Of a stretch of DNA of 64,000 nucleotides, positions 39,331 through 55,238 are shown piece by piece. The DNA comes from Eledone cirrhosa (lineage: Eukaryota), in contig OZ024750.1 in assembly GCA_964016885.1 (NCBI GenBank), forward strand, positions 25,296,001-25,360,000, in the 5' to 3' direction. The notes beneath the pieces are model-generated. The model saw nothing but the letters and a program-made list of their open reading frames with translations. It was not told the origin of the DNA and did not search any database. The translations under genes were made by a program, and so were the position numbers. Position 1 is the stretch's first letter. Each line of letters starts with the position of its first letter.

Positions 39331-40160
39331 TTGATAGATGTGTAAACATATAGTTATTTAGTGATTGTAGAAACATACATTTATTTGTTAAATTGGCAGT
39401 CGTTAAGACGTCGGATAGAATGCTTTACGGTATTCATCTCACCTCATTGTGCGCTCTAAGTTCAAATCTCACCGTGGTCAACTTTGCCTTTCATCTTTTC
39501 GAGGTCGATAAAAAAAGTACCAGTCCAATACTGCAGTTCATTCTTCCTCTCTAGAAAAAAATTGGCTGTGTTCAGACTTGGAGAGGGTTGGGCTCCACCA
39601 GGTTTAAAAGTGCCCTAGACACACTGTATGACAGTGTCTCTACGACTCCACAAGGAGTTATGGGGGATAAACATAGTTATTTGATGAATCTATAAACATA
39701 TATTTATTTGGTGAATGTATAAAGACACTTTTATTTGAATGTTACCATAAACTGTACAGGCCCATCTTAGATAACAGCTCCAGTTGTCAAGTTAACTGTA
39801 TATAAATAAACATACAATTGTTTGAATGTTACCTTAAACTGTACAGGTCCATCTTAGACAACAGCTTCAGTTGCCCAGATACTTCTTACTACTACTTTGA
39901 CACAAAACTCTGTCAGTTGCAGACTGCACATCAACATGAGATATTTTTCTCCACAAAGTTTGATCAACAACACCAGAGTTTAAAGAGCAAAGATCAAGTC
40001 CGGTCCATATAAATAAACATACATTTGTATGAATGCTACAATAAACTGTACAGGCTCATGAAGCATGTAAGTTTTGTTTTTAAGGCATTAATGGAATCTT
40101 ACCTTGATGGTAGATTCATGAAAGAAAAACAGATGGGATATATCTTCCACTAGATCGGTG

Positions 40161-40330
40161 CAGGGCCAGACTTTCACTTGATGAAGCCCTAAACTATATG
40201 AAATTTGAGGCGCTTCTCTAAAAAATGAAAACTAATGATGAAATAAAAATATTTATTTTTAAAATTAAGCCCCCGATGGTGTGCGGCCCTAAACTATAGC
40301 TTATTTAGCTTACAGGTAACTCCAGCACTG
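40161..40330. mobile_element. hAT-like MITE
   Basis: Imperfect termini CAGGGCCAGA / TCCAGCACTG and internal GCCCTAAACTATA repeats. The TSD is poorly preserved. Confidence 0.5.
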
Positions 40331-40470
40331 TATTAGTGAGTAATTAAAACAAGAAAAAAATGTCATATCATTTCTTAATTGAAATGAGAAAGATGTGACA
40401 CAACTTGGTGTCGGGAGTAGATATAGAATCATGTCCAAAGAACTTGATGACCAAAATCTTAGCTACGAGG

Positions 40471-40477
<7 letters not shown>

Positions 40478-40567
<90 letters not shown>

Positions 40568-40765
40568 TCACACACACACATTCACATACACACATGCATA
40601 CAGATACACACACACACACACTCACATACACATACACACACATGCATACAGATACACACACACTCTCTCTCTCTCACACACACACACACTCACATACACA
40701 CATTCACATACACATACAGATACACACACTCACACACATAACACACACACACTCACACATACACA
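40478..40765. repeat. (CA)n microsatellite
   Basis: Long perfect, then degenerate, CA tract. Confidence 0.95.
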
Positions 40766-41549
40766 CGTGATCTTTTATACTTCGTCAGGGAAAAGAGCAG
40801 TCCCTATAACTCCATTCAGGACTTCTAAGACTGAGAGAGGGGGCTGACGGGGTAAAGGGAGTGGGGGTAACGTAGGGGGCTAGAACCCGTATTAATCTGT
40901 ATCCAGAACTACGTTATCTAAAGCGTCCTTCCCTTATTTTAAGACGGTATACTATGAGATAAAGGAAATTTAGTTACTAATTTTAACAGGTCAAGTAACC
41001 AATTGGCGGGTAATTTGTTAATTTTGTGTAAGTTCCCTGACTGGTCCACGTAGAGGCTCCCTCTGCACTTACTAGCAAGAGTTATAAAGCAGATCATTTC
41101 TCTTAAGTCTTCACCATAAAGTGGTTACGGTTTATGGGTTAAAGGTATTTTATTTCCTATCAAATATTAGCTCCGTTAGAGAACGGTGTGAGCATCACTC
41201 AATGTCATCTACACCGTTGTCATGGAGACGTGAAGAATTGTGAGTTACTAATAAATCAATTATCGCATTGAATGAGATTATAATATGGAGATATGGTGAT
41301 CTGGGAGCATGGGAACAGTGGAGCTAATCCATTGTGGTGTGTGTGGTGTTAATGAAATTACATATACACACATAATACATACTCATAAATATATATATAT
41401 ATATAAATATCAATATATATCTATAAATATATAAAAATATATATTTATATATTAAAATATATATATATAAATATCAATATATATCTATAAATATATAAAT
41501 ATATATATATGTAAAAGAAATCAAAGAACGCTTACATACTCAAAGAGTT

Positions 41550-41609
41550 TTTATTTGCTGACAATGTTTCATCCATACCGTTGGGTAGGAATCATCAGAG
41601 CTTAATAAA
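41550..41609 (-). ncRNA. Minimal type-I hammerhead ribozyme
   Basis: Minus strand: TTTATTaaGCT-CTGATGA-tTCCTACC caac GGTAtGGAt-GAAA-CATTG-TC|AGCaAATAAA, with a GUC triplet. Confidence 0.7.
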
Positions 41610-41929
41610 CAAAAACACAGTGCTGAGTATAAGCTCTACCAAGCTTAGTCACACAAACAATTGGAATACAAAAGAAGGTAAAAATAGGGATATCGGAGAT
41701 GGCGAATAGGGAGAGAGTACATGTTGGGGTTGTTATTAAGCACTACAGCTAAATGCTAGGGTACAAGCAGATTTCACAAGATGCAGATACAAGTGATGGC
41801 ACACAAAAGCAAAAAGTATAAACAATGGTTAAAACATAATAAAAAAGTAAAAGGAAGATAATATAAAGAGATAAACAATAAATTAAAAAGATAACAAATT
41901 TTAAAAGGAAAAAAATGAAAAAAATAGAA

Positions 41930-42082
41930 AAAGAAAAAAAGAAAAAAGAAAAAAGAAAAAAGAAAAAAGAAAAAAGAAAAAAGAAAAAAGAAAAAAAAAG
42001 AAAAAAGAAAAAAGAAAAAAGAAAAAAGAAAAAAGAAAAAAGAAAAAAGAAAAAAGAAAAAAGAAAAAAGAAAAAAGAAAAA
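41930..42082. repeat. (GAAAAAA)n heptamer tract
   Basis: Directly visible. Confidence 0.95.
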
Positions 42083-42286
42083 GTTTAAGCACATAAAAAG
42101 CCAGAGGAATTTAAGCGCTGGTTCCTAATAAAACAAGTGAATAAGATCTCCGTAACTTATAGTTATATAAGCACTAAGAGGTTCTTAAGGTACCTCCAGA
42201 AAGACCATAGTAATTATAATCCTCGCCATAGTATACACAAACAAGGTATACTGGTAGGTAATTGAATTACGTAGCTCATGGGTGTT

Positions 42287-44428
42287 CAACAAGTATATAG
42301 ACAGGTACCACATAAATGCAAGCCATACTCAAGCAAAGTGGGGTTATTACAAGATAGAGCTGAGAAAAACAAGTATATAGACAGGCACCACATAAATGCA
42401 AGCCATACTCAAGCAAAGTGGGGTTATTACAAGATAGAGCTGAGTACAACAAGTATATAGACAGGCACCACATAAATGCAAGCCATACTCAAGCAAAGTG
42501 GGGTTATTACAAGATAGAGCTGAGTACAACAAGTATATAGACAGGTACCACATAAATGCAAGCCATACTCAAGCAAAGTGGGGTTATTACAAGATAGAGC
42601 TGAGTACAACAAGTATATAGACAGGCACCACATAAATGCAAGCCATACTCAAGCAAAGTGGGGTTATTACAAGATAGAGCTGAGTACAACAAGTATATAG
42701 ACAGGCACCACATAAATGCAAGCCATACTCAAGCAAAGTGGGGTTATTACAAGATAGAGCTGAGTACAACAAGTATATAGACAGGCACCACATAAATGCA
42801 AGCCATACTCAAGCAAAGTGGGGTTATTACAAGATAGAGCTGAGTACAACAAGTATATAGACAGGTACCACATAGATGCAAGCCATACTCAAGCAAAGTG
42901 GGGTTATTACAAGATAGAGCTGAGTACAAGTATATAGACAGGCACCACATAAATGCAAGCCATACTCAAGCAAAGTGGGGTTATTACAAGATAGAGCTGA
43001 GTACAACAAGTATATAGACAGGTACCACATAGATGCAAGCCATACTCAAGCAAAGTGGGGTTATTACAAGATAGAGCTGAGTACAAGTATATAGACAGGC
43101 ACCACATAAATGCAAGCCATACTCAAGCAAAGTGGGGTTATTACAAGATAGAGCTGAGTACAACAAGTATATAGACAGGTACCACATAGATGCAAGCCAT
43201 ACTCAAGCAAAGTGGGGTTATTACAAGATAGAGCTGAGTACAAGTATATAGACAGGCACCACATAAATGCAAGCCATACTCAAGCAAAGTGGGGTTATTA
43301 CAAGATAGAGCTGAGTACAGCAAGTATATAGATAGACACCACATAAATGCAAGCCATACTCAAGCAAAGTGGGGTTATTACAAGATAGAGCTGAGTACAA
43401 CAAGTATATAGACAGGTACCACATAAATGCAAGCCATACTCAAGCAAAGTGGGGTTATTACAAGATAGAGCTGAGCACAACAAGTATATAGACAGGCACC
43501 ACATAAATGCAAGCCATACTCAAGCAAAGTGGGGTTATTACAAGATAGAGCTGAGTACAACAAGTATATAGACAGGTACCACATAAATGCAAGCCATACT
43601 CAAGCAAAGTGGGGTTATTTCAAGATAGAGCTGAGTACAACAAGTATATAGACAGGTACCACATAAATGCAAGCCATACTCAAGCAAAGTGGGGTTATTA
43701 CAAGATAGAGATGAATACAACAAGTATATAGACAGACACCACATAAATGCAAGCCATACTCAAGCAAAGTGGGGTTATTACAAGATAGAGATGAATACAA
43801 CAAGTATATAGACAGGTACCACATAAATGCAAGCCATACTCAAGCAAAGTGGGGTTATTACAAGATAGAGCTGAGTACAAGTATATAGACAGGCACCACA
43901 TAAATGCAAGCCATACTCAAGCAAAGTGGGGTTATTACAAGATAGAGCTGAGTACAAGTATATAGACAGACACCACATAAATGCAAGCCATACTCAAGCA
44001 AAGTGGGGTTATTACAAGATAGAGCTGAGTACAACAAGTATATAGACAGGTACCACATAAATGCAAGCCATACTCAAGCAAAGTGGGGTTATTACAAGAT
44101 AGAGCTGAGTACAACAAGTATATAGACAGGTACCACATAAATGCAAGCCATACTCAAGCAAAGTGGGGTTATTACAAGATAGAGCTGAGTACAACACGTA
44201 TATAGACAGGTACCACATAAATGCAAGCCATACTCAAGCAAAGTGGGGTTATTACAAGATAGAGATGAATACAACAAGTATATAGACAGACACCACATAA
44301 ATGCAAGCCATACTCAAGTAAAGTGGGGTTATTACAAGATAGAGCTGAGTAGAACAAGTATATAGACAGGCACCACATAAATGCAAGCCATAGTCAAGCA
44401 AAGTGGGGTTATTACAAGATAGAGCTGA
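42287..44428. repeat. 80/77-bp tandem satellite (~27 copies)
   Basis: CAACAAGTATATAGACAGG(C/T)ACCACATAAATGCAAGCCATACTCAAGCAAAGTGGGGTTATTACAAGATAGAGCTGAGTA units. Confidence 0.98.
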
Positions 44429-44953
44429 AGCAAAAGCCCAACAATAATGTTTTAGTTACTGTAAAAAACACATCTGGCAAAGAGTTACTACACATGTATA
44501 TTAACCGTATAGGCTAGACTAATCGATTACATATGACCCGATTGTCTAGGGGTTATATAGATATAGGATTGTCAGTAGATAACAAATCAGTCTAAATTAT
44601 ACAACATATGTAGATCGTTCAAAAGTACAAAATAGTTGGATTTATACTATCACTCAAACATAACATCACATCTAGTAACAAGAATTACATGCTGGATTTA
44701 TACATAAAAAAAACCCCACATGTTTAAGATCCCAGACCGTATAGCATAATGTGTTCAAGTTTCAGTTCCAGATATATATTAAAATATATATCTATAAATA
44801 TCAATATATATCTATAAATATATCAATATATATCTATAAATATATCAATATATATCTATAAATATCAATATATATCTATAAATATCAATATATATCTATA
44901 AATATCAATATATATAGATAAATATCAATATATATAGATAAATATCAATATAA

Positions 44954-45047
<94 letters not shown>

Positions 45048-45273
45048 ATATATAAATAAAAAAAAAAAATAAAAATATATATATATATATAAATATAAAT
45101 ATATATAAATATAAATATATATATAAATATAAATATATCATCATCATTTCATCATTTCATTTTAAGTCCGCTTTTCCCTGCTTGCAGGGGTGGGACGGGA
45201 ACTGATTCTGGCTTGATTTCTACAGCTGGATGCCCTTCCTAACACCAACCTCATTTACAGTGAGTGCTGGGTG

Positions 45274-46150
45274 ATAACCTGCGTATATTATATTTGTATA
45301 TAACCTGTGTATATTATATTTGTATATAACCTGTACATATTGTGGATTGGCAGTATCGGTAGAGGGTCGGACGCCATGCTTTCCAGCATAGTTACGTCCC
45401 TTTACGATCTGAGTTCAAATCCCGCCGAGGTTGACTTTGCCTTTCATCCTTACGGGGTCGATAAAATAAAGTACCAGTAATGTACTGGGTAATTGCTGGC
45501 CTTGTGCCTAAAGTAGAAACAATTATATTTGTATATAACCTGTGTATATTATATTTATATATAACCTGTGTATATTATATTTGTATATAACCTGTGTATA
45601 TTATATTTGTATATAACCTGTGTATATTATATTTGTATATAACCTGTGTATATTATATTTGTATATAACAAGTGTATATTATATTTGTATATAACCTGTG
45701 TATATTATATTTGTATATAATCTGTGCATATTATATTTGTATATAACCTGTGTATATTATATTTATATATAACCTGTGTATATTATATTTGTATATAATC
45801 TGTGTATATTATATTTGTATATATTTGTATATAACTTGTGTATATTATATTTGTATATAACTTGTGTATATTATATTTGTATATTAACTTTGCCTTTCAT
45901 CCTTACGGGGTCGATAAAATAAAGTACCAGTAATGTACTGGGTAATTGCTGGCCTTGTGCCAAAAGTAGAAACAATTATATTTGTATATAACCTGTGTAT
46001 ATTATATTTGTACATAATCTGTGTATATTATATTTGTATATAACCTGTGTATATTATATTTGTACATAATCTGTGTATATTATATTTGTATATAACCTGT
46101 GTATATTATATTTGTACATAATCTGTGTATATAATATTTGTATATAACGG
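45274..46150. repeat. ~24-bp minisatellite with embedded SINE family 1 copies (45342-45526, 45886-45978)
   Basis: ATAACCTGTGTATATTATATTTGT units interrupted by SINE sequence. Confidence 0.9.
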
Positions 46151-46222
46151 TATTAAAATGAAATTGCGATTAATTTTCAAAAAAAAAAAAATACATGAAA
46201 ATATATCCACACATATGCAGAA

Positions 46223-46254
<32 letters not shown>

Positions 46255-46389
46255 GAGAAGCACAAATGGTGATAAACATATCAATGTTTACACACGTAAT
46301 GTACAATGTACACATATATCTCCAGTAATATACACTACAGACAGATTCAAACAGAGATATTGTGATTTAGTTTAACATTTAATGTAATA

Positions 46390-47690
<1,301 letters not shown>

Positions 47691-48363
47691 ATAATTTCGC
47701 CAGTACATGTTGCTCTTGTCACAACGTTAGTATTATATTCATGGTTCCATTAGCGAAAACTCAACACATGAGATTGGCAGAATCGTTAGAGAGTTTGACA
47801 AAAGGTTTCTTAACTCTCTAAGTTCATATTCATCCGAGGGCAAATTTACATTCTATCCTTCTGAAGTCGATAAAATAAAGGGTTATCCTTTAATTATTTG
47901 GGTCCAGTATTTTGATAGAAGTTATTTTAGAAAATCTAAAATTAATGGCTATTTTTTCTTCTTGCAAATTCCAAATCTCCGATATTGAAAATATATAAAT
48001 CTAAAAATGTTCAGAAAACATTAAAATGAAAAAAAATAATCTTAATTATAAAGTTTAAATTCTTTGTTTAATACAGAAACACCTGAGCTGTCAAAATAAT
48101 GTTGTTTCTAGCAAGTTTAACGTCCATGTATAGGTTCTCTTGATGGCATATGGCCTTGACCACAAAAAAGTTTCCGAGATGTTAGTTTTCTTATAAGGAA
48201 TCCAACAAAATGCAATATTTTAATAAACACGTCAAATCTGCGACTGCTTAAAAGTTATATAACTTGTTTTTTTCTTTTACCATTATTTACAACACGAAGA
48301 AATATTCCTGAAATTTAAGATTTATTTGAGAACTCAATAACACTGCATGAGAAAGAAATCTAA

Positions 48364-48414
<51 letters not shown>

Positions 48415-48479
48415 CTCTCTCTCTCTCTCTCTCACACACATCATATATGTGTGTGTGTGTGTATGCGTATGTGTGTGTG

Positions 48480-48629
48480 TAAAAGGTAAACAGAAATAAC
48501 AAACCAAACGACACGGCACAATGAAGAAATATATTAGTTTAACGCTTGAAATAATAGGAAAATAATTTTAGCGTTTCGGACACTAGTCCTTCATCAGAAG
48601 ATAGAATGAGCAATAAAAGATGAAGAGAG

Positions 48630-48630
<1 letters not shown>
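48480..48630 (-). mobile_element. pLTR-like repeat, family K, with a hammerhead core
   Basis: Minus strand CTGATGAAGGAC-TAGT-GTCC-GAAACGCTA. Relatives at ~18305-18385, 55160-55490 and 61600-61735. Confidence 0.65.
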
Positions 48631-48710
<80 letters not shown>

Positions 48711-48715
48711 TGTGT

Positions 48716-48789
<74 letters not shown>

Positions 48790-48849
48790 ATTGAAAATAG
48801 AACCAGAAGCTTTTACCGTGAATTAACTACAGAACATAGTCTATTTGAC

Positions 48850-49004
48850 CAGCGGTCGCCAACCTTTCGGACCTCACCGACTACTAAATTTATAATTTTA
48901 AATCTCGCCGACTACTAATAAGAATTTTTTAAAAAGTTAAATACATTAAAATTTTTTTGTGGACCACCAAAATTTTCTCTCGGACCACTGGTCAGCAACC
49001 GCTG
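48850..49004. mobile_element. hAT-Charlie-like MITE
   Basis: TIRs CAGCGGTCGCCAACC / GGTCAGCAACCGCTG and 8-bp TSD TATTTGAC / TATTAGAC (7 of 8 match). Confidence 0.8.
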
Positions 49005-49368
49005 TATTAGACCATTAAGGCATATGAACCTACATAAAAAGCGGGAGCATTAGCGTACATAGGAATCCATTTCCGCGAACGTTAATGCCTACTTTTGTGG
49101 TAGTGAACCTGAAACGATGTGGTTACGAAGCGAACATCTTCACCACACAGCCACACCCGCACCAGTATTTAAAACTTTTGTTTTGTCTTCTACGACAATC
49201 ATTTGATAGTGTTTTTAATTGCTACAGCCATCAGCACTTTTCTCATTTGCTCTTCGGATTAATCCGCGTGGCTGTAATTTAAAATAAAATAAAATAAAAA
49301 TCTTTCAAACTCCGCTTTACTTTTTCTTTCACAATCCTCTACCTTTTGTTTCATAAATTCTCACCTGC

Positions 49369-49433
<65 letters not shown>

Positions 49434-49700
49434 AAAAAGAAGAACAAGAAGACCAACAAGAAGACCCAGAAGAAGACGAAAAAGAAAAAGAAAAAGAGGA
49501 AGAAGAAAAAGAAAAAGCAGAGGAAGAAGAAAAAGAAAAAGAAGAAAAAGAAGAAAAAGAAGAAAAAGAAGAAAAAGAAGAAAAAGAAGAAAAAGAAGAA
49601 AAGGAAGAAAAAGAAGAAAAAAAAGAAGAAAAAGAAAAAGAAAAGGAAGAAAAAGAAAAAGAAAAAGAAAAAGAAAAAGAAAAAGAAAAAGAAAAAGAAG
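49369..49700. repeat. (AGT)n and (GAAAAA/GAA)n simple repeats
   Basis: These explain the poly-V and EK-rich ORFs. Confidence 0.95.
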
Positions 49701-49739
49701 TAGAGCTTCTAATTTACACACGAGGCCAGCAAATTTTGA

Positions 49740-50802
49740 AGGGAAAGGAAGGGAAAGTCGATTAAGCCGACCTCAGTATTTGACTGGTACTATATATCTA
49801 TCAACCGCAAAGGGATGAAAGACAAATGTTAACCTCTGCAGAATTTGAACTGAGAACGTAAAAACTTGGAACAACAACCGCAGACAATTCCTCCAATCCA
49901 ACGCCTTAAGAATGATAATGGTAACAACAACAACAACATCAACAATAATAATTGTTTCTACTTTAGGCACAAGGCCAGCAATTACCCAGTACATTACTGG
50001 TACTTTATTTTATCGACCCCGTAAGGATGAAAGGCAAAGTCAACCTCGGCGGGATTTGAACTCAGATCGTAAAGGGACGTAACTATGCTGGAAAGCATGG
50101 CGTCCGACCCTCTACCGATACTGCCAATCCACCGCCCTTGTTTCTGGTGTAGCCACAAGGTCAACAATTTGAGGGAAGGGAATGTCGATTAAACGGACCC
50201 AGTGCGTTACTGGTACTTTATTTTATAGACCCCGTAAGGATGAAAGGCAAAGCTAAATAAAAATTATAATGTTTCTACTTTTGGCAATTATCCCAGTGCA
50301 TTACTGGTACTTTATTTTATAGACCCCGTAAGGATGAAAGGTAAAGCTAAATAAAAATGATAATATATATATATATATAATATATATATTATATATATAT
50401 AATATATATATATATATTATATATAGGTGGATTGGCAGTATCGGTAGAGGGTCGGGCGCCATGCTTTGAAGCATAGAGTTACCTCCCTTTATGATCTGAG
50501 TTCAAATCCCGCCGAGGTTAACTTTGCCTTTCATCCTTACGGGGTCGATAAAATAAAGTACCAGTAATGCACTGGGATAATTGCTGGCCTGGTGCCAAAA
50601 GTAGAAACAATTATATATATATAATCTATATAATATAATATATATAATATATATATAATATATATATAATATATATATATATAATATATATATATATAAT
50701 TGTTTCTACTTTTGACACAAGGCCAGCAATTAACCAGTGTATTACTGATACTTTATTTCATCCGTAAGGATGAAAGGCAAAGTTAATCTCGGCGGGATTT
50801 GA
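49740..50802. mobile_element. Cluster of SINE family 1 copies in both orientations
   Basis: Copies at ~49770-49900 (-), 49949-50137 (-), partials at 50160-50350 (-), 50426-50612 (+) and 50698-50802 (-). Confidence 0.88.
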
Positions 50803-50836
50803 TATATATAATATAATATATATATATATATATATA

Positions 50837-50876
<40 letters not shown>

Positions 50877-51714
50877 TACGGAATACAGTAGTACCCCACC
50901 ACTGAAGTAGGTTTACCATGTATATGATTTTATATTTTCTATATACTTCGTGATGCTTATACAAGAATATTAATTTTCAAAATAAAAATAGTTATCAACT
51001 TAAAATAAGATTAAATAAATAAATACATATAAAAATGAAATAAATAATGTTTTAATTCACTACAGCTACATTTGGCTAAAACCATTTATAAAATCATTTA
51101 AACATCATAAATATAGTATTGAAGAAATTGACGATTTGAGGAAATGGAAGGCAAAGAAATTGAGTAATGGATTGTTTATTTTTCTGTAAGTATATTCTAG
51201 GAAAACATTACTTCGTACAGGCGTTGTAAGCATTCGTTCTTCATTCAAAAGTCTCTCTCTCTCTCTCGTGGTGAGCGTATTTCCAGAATTTCAGACGCAT
51301 GGAATCTATTTCGAGGGGAAGAAGAAGACTGATTAATGCGCTCAATATAGAAACAGCGATACCACGGATAGAGAGAAATATGAGCTATATAAATAATTGG
51401 ATGTATAAATTGACAGAATTTCAACTGTTAGGAGAAATAAGATTTCTTCACACAATTATAAAAATCTATTCAATATTTGAAGGTTTTCTTTGTCACTCCT
51501 AATCGAGATTACTTCAGCAAATTTTAGTTCAATACAATCATTCCTAACAAAACAGAATTGCTACAAAGAGAAAATGAAATCACCACACAATAAGAAATAA
51601 ATTGTAAATAACAACAAAGGCAACAAGTTCTCCTTCGATTACATTGACTGATTGTAATACCTGAAAGTTTAGTTTTCTAAATACGTTTCTTTCTATTTGC
51701 AGTTAAATTAAGGT

Positions 51715-52362
51715 AGCAGACGATATTGGGACATATGCTGCATAGCAGACGATATGGGAGCATTGGAAGACATAGCAGACGATATGGGGACATATGCTGC
51801 ATAGCAGACGATATGGGAACATTGGAAGACATAGTAGACGATATGGGGACATATGCTGCATAGTAGACGATATGGGAGCATTGGTAGACATAGCAGACGA
51901 TATGGGGAAATATGAGGCATAGCAGACGATATGGGGAAATTAGAAGACATAGCAGACGATATAGGACCAATTGAGGCATGACAGACGATATTGGGATATA
52001 TGAGGCATACCAGATGATATGGGAACATTGGAAGGTATAGCAGACGAAATGAGGACATTGGAAGGTATAGCAGACGAAATAAGGCCAAATGACGCATAGC
52101 AGACGATATGGGGAAATATGAGGCATACCAGACGATATGGGAACATTGGAAGGTATATCAGACGATATGAGGACATATGCGGCATAGCAGACGATATGGG
52201 AACATTGGAAGATATAATAGATGATATGGGGATATATGAGGCATACCAGACGATATGGCAACATTGGAAGGTATAGCAGACGATATGGGAAGATTGGAAG
52301 GCATAGCATACGATATGAGGACATTTGAGTCATCACAGACAATATGAGGATATTTGGAAGGT
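51715..52362. repeat. 24-30-bp degenerate minisatellite
   Basis: CATAGCAGACGATATGGG(G/A) core with alternating spacers. Confidence 0.9.
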
Positions 52363-52675
52363 GCCAATGATTGAATCTGACAAACAAATACACTGTTAAG
52401 CATTATTGATGCCATGCAGGCTGATAAAATAGAATTCTTTATTTAAATCTTCAATAAATTTTGAAGAAAATTAAAACAAAGATGTTTATATAGACAATAT
52501 GTTTAAATACAAATGACTGTAGATATTGAGTATCATTGATAGATAAGTGTGAAATCAATCTCTATAATAAAACGATATTTGATTGAACATTACAGGTACT
52601 TATTTTGTCGACTCTGGGATTTAAATATGCCGAATCTAAAAAAATGTAATATGAAATTCAGCTTTCTTGACAATC

Positions 52676-52950
52676 CCAGTCTCTGTAGGAAAACTGAAGC
52701 CTTACAATAGTAAGGAAGCTATCCTAGTTGTTGTAGGAAGGCTGGACCCTTACAAGAGTAAATAACCTATCCTAGTTGTTGTAGGAAGACTGAAGACTTA
52801 CAATAGTAAGGAACCTATCCTAGTTGTAGGAAGACTGAAGACTTACAATAGTAAGGAGCTTATCCTAGTCTCTGTAGGAAAACTGAACCCTTAAATGAAT
52901 AAGGAACCTATCCTAGTTGTAGGAAGATTGAAGCCTTACAAGAATTAGGT
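52676..52950. repeat. ~45-48-bp degenerate minisatellite
   Basis: TATCCTAGTTGTAGGAAGACTGAAG..TTACAATAGTAAGGAACC units. Confidence 0.85.
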
Positions 52951-53800
52951 TGTGGTTATTTAAAAATCCTTAACTATGTCAGTGAGAAAGGCCGAAATCT
53001 AGCATGAAGTGACTTATCTTTAGTTTATAGTTCTAGAAATGCAGAAGATCAGACTTTGCAAAGATGGATTAAAGTTTATTGAGTTGATCCCAGTATATTA
53101 GATTTACTTACTTTATTGATCACAAAGTGATGGAAGGCGAAATCAAGAACGATGGGATTTGAACTTAGAACTTTGAGGTATTAATACTGTAAGACATTAT
53201 AGGATGTAAGGCTTTTGGATTGGTGTCTCATCACATTTGCTAACTCAAGGTCCTAATGGCTACAGTAACACGTAATTCCGTTCACTTGTATCCAATAACA
53301 TTTACACAAGGAGAGGGTAAAAGTGTGTGACGTTAATTCATTTGTCAAGTGCATAGGTGATGAAAATTAAAGGAGGAAGTTATTACGACCAGAGTTTAAA
53401 TAGATAAAGGTTGAGCTCTATAGTAATGTGTATACTATTAAAGCTACATCATACACATAAATACTGAAAAATAAATTATCATTGTCCTGTCTCTATTAAT
53501 TCTGTGTTTTTATGTGAACTAATACTAACCTTATCTATTCTACACACACAATATATATATATATATATATACTTTATTATTATTAATCTCCCCTGGTCGA
53601 GATAACATTTTGGTCGTTTTGACTGCTGCTATTTCTAGTGGCAGTGGTTTGACCTTTCCGCCTCTGCCTTCTATCTTTGCACACGGCACTGGACAGAATA
53701 GAATTGCTTCTATATCATTCACTCTCATCTCGGGAACAATTTTGAATAGCGCCAGTTCGTGATTTGAACACGGGAATTTTATATTCTCCGAGTGAAAAGA

Positions 53801-53886
53801 ACCTTCTGACGAGGGTCTTTCTTTTCAATGGAGGTCCGTAAGGACTATCCATTTATTTTTGAGACTTGAAACCGTACGGTAAGGGT
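53801..53886 (+). ncRNA. Type-I hammerhead ribozyme with an extended stem II
   Basis: ACCTT-CTGACGA-GGGTCTT...AATGGA-GTCC gtaa GGAC-TCCATT...GAGACTT-GAAA-CCGTACGG-TA|AGGGT. Stem III is the palindrome ACCGTACGGT, with a GUA triplet. Confidence 0.82.
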
Positions 53887-53954
53887 AACTATAGCAGGTA
53901 CAGTGAATTTTTTTTTAATTTATTTAAAAACTTTTTCTTTTTTGCTGAACCTTG

Positions 53955-54011
<57 letters not shown>

Positions 54012-54681
54012 CGAAGGAATTGTGGTAAGGAACATGATGGATCATAACGCACCAAAGTACTCAATACTTATGGTAGTAGCGTGGGTAATAGGAACAAGTA
54101 TGACCCCGACGGCAGAGCTCAAGCCGTTTCAACGGCTATTTCTGGGCTAAAAAAAAATGTATGTATATATACATACTACTGTACGTCTGTATACATATAT
54201 GTATGTACGTATACATACATACACACTTATATATACATATATATACATAAATATATATACATATATATACATAAATATAGATATAGATAGGTAAATATAC
54301 ACGGGTGTGTATGATTGTGTATAGAAGATTATATTAATAAGAGGAATTCCAACTTTGTCTGATTTACTCGTTTTATTTACAATCCTTTAAAATATATATA
54401 ATGGTATTATAATGAAATAGTATGATAGAATATTAAATTCTAAGTGTTAATTGAACAAGTACTTTCATGCTTTCGCAATCTTCAGGTTCATGATATGTGG
54501 TGACAGTCGAGTTTGCAATTTTCAACTGTAATGAGATGGGTAAATTTCCTACCTTTTATACATTTTATACAGAGAAAAGTGGCTCCAGAATGCAAAGCCC
54601 TGTAAACTGTATTTCGACCAATCAGTGTGTATATATCAGTGTATATATCATTTCGACCAATCAGTGTGTATAAATATATAT

Positions 54682-54796
<115 letters not shown>

Positions 54797-55238
54797 GAAG
54801 AGAATACTAAACAAGGAATACAGCAACATAAAAAAATAACAAGAATTAACAGAGCAATACATTATCATTTATCATATCTTACAACATGAAACAATAGATG
54901 TTAGATGTTAGATGTTTTCATCGGCAGCTATGAACATCGCTATTTCCCACACCACTATCAAGTTTTTTCTCTTTATTATCAACTAACGTTAGATAGTGAT
55001 AAATTACAATTTATTTCCTTACAAGTAACAAACTAGTGTTTCAACAATTTTTGGCCACAACACCACTCAAGTATTTGTTTAAGGGACTTCGATTCATGAA
55101 GTATGACTGCAGGCCTCATATGTGACATAGAATATATATATATATATATATATGCACCTCATTCTATCTTCTAGCTAGTGAAAGACTAGCGTCCGAAACT
55201 TTAAGACTCTTTTCCTATTATATCAAGCGTAAAACTAA

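Noticed and set aside
42276-44378. Series of 66-69-aa Cys-rich ORFs resembling a tandem peptide gene family
   Set aside because: Artefact of the 80-bp satellite. The ORFs overlap one another at the repeat period.
49329-49765. Poly-V and EK-rich ORFs
   Set aside because: Simple (AGT)n and (GAAAAA)n repeats.
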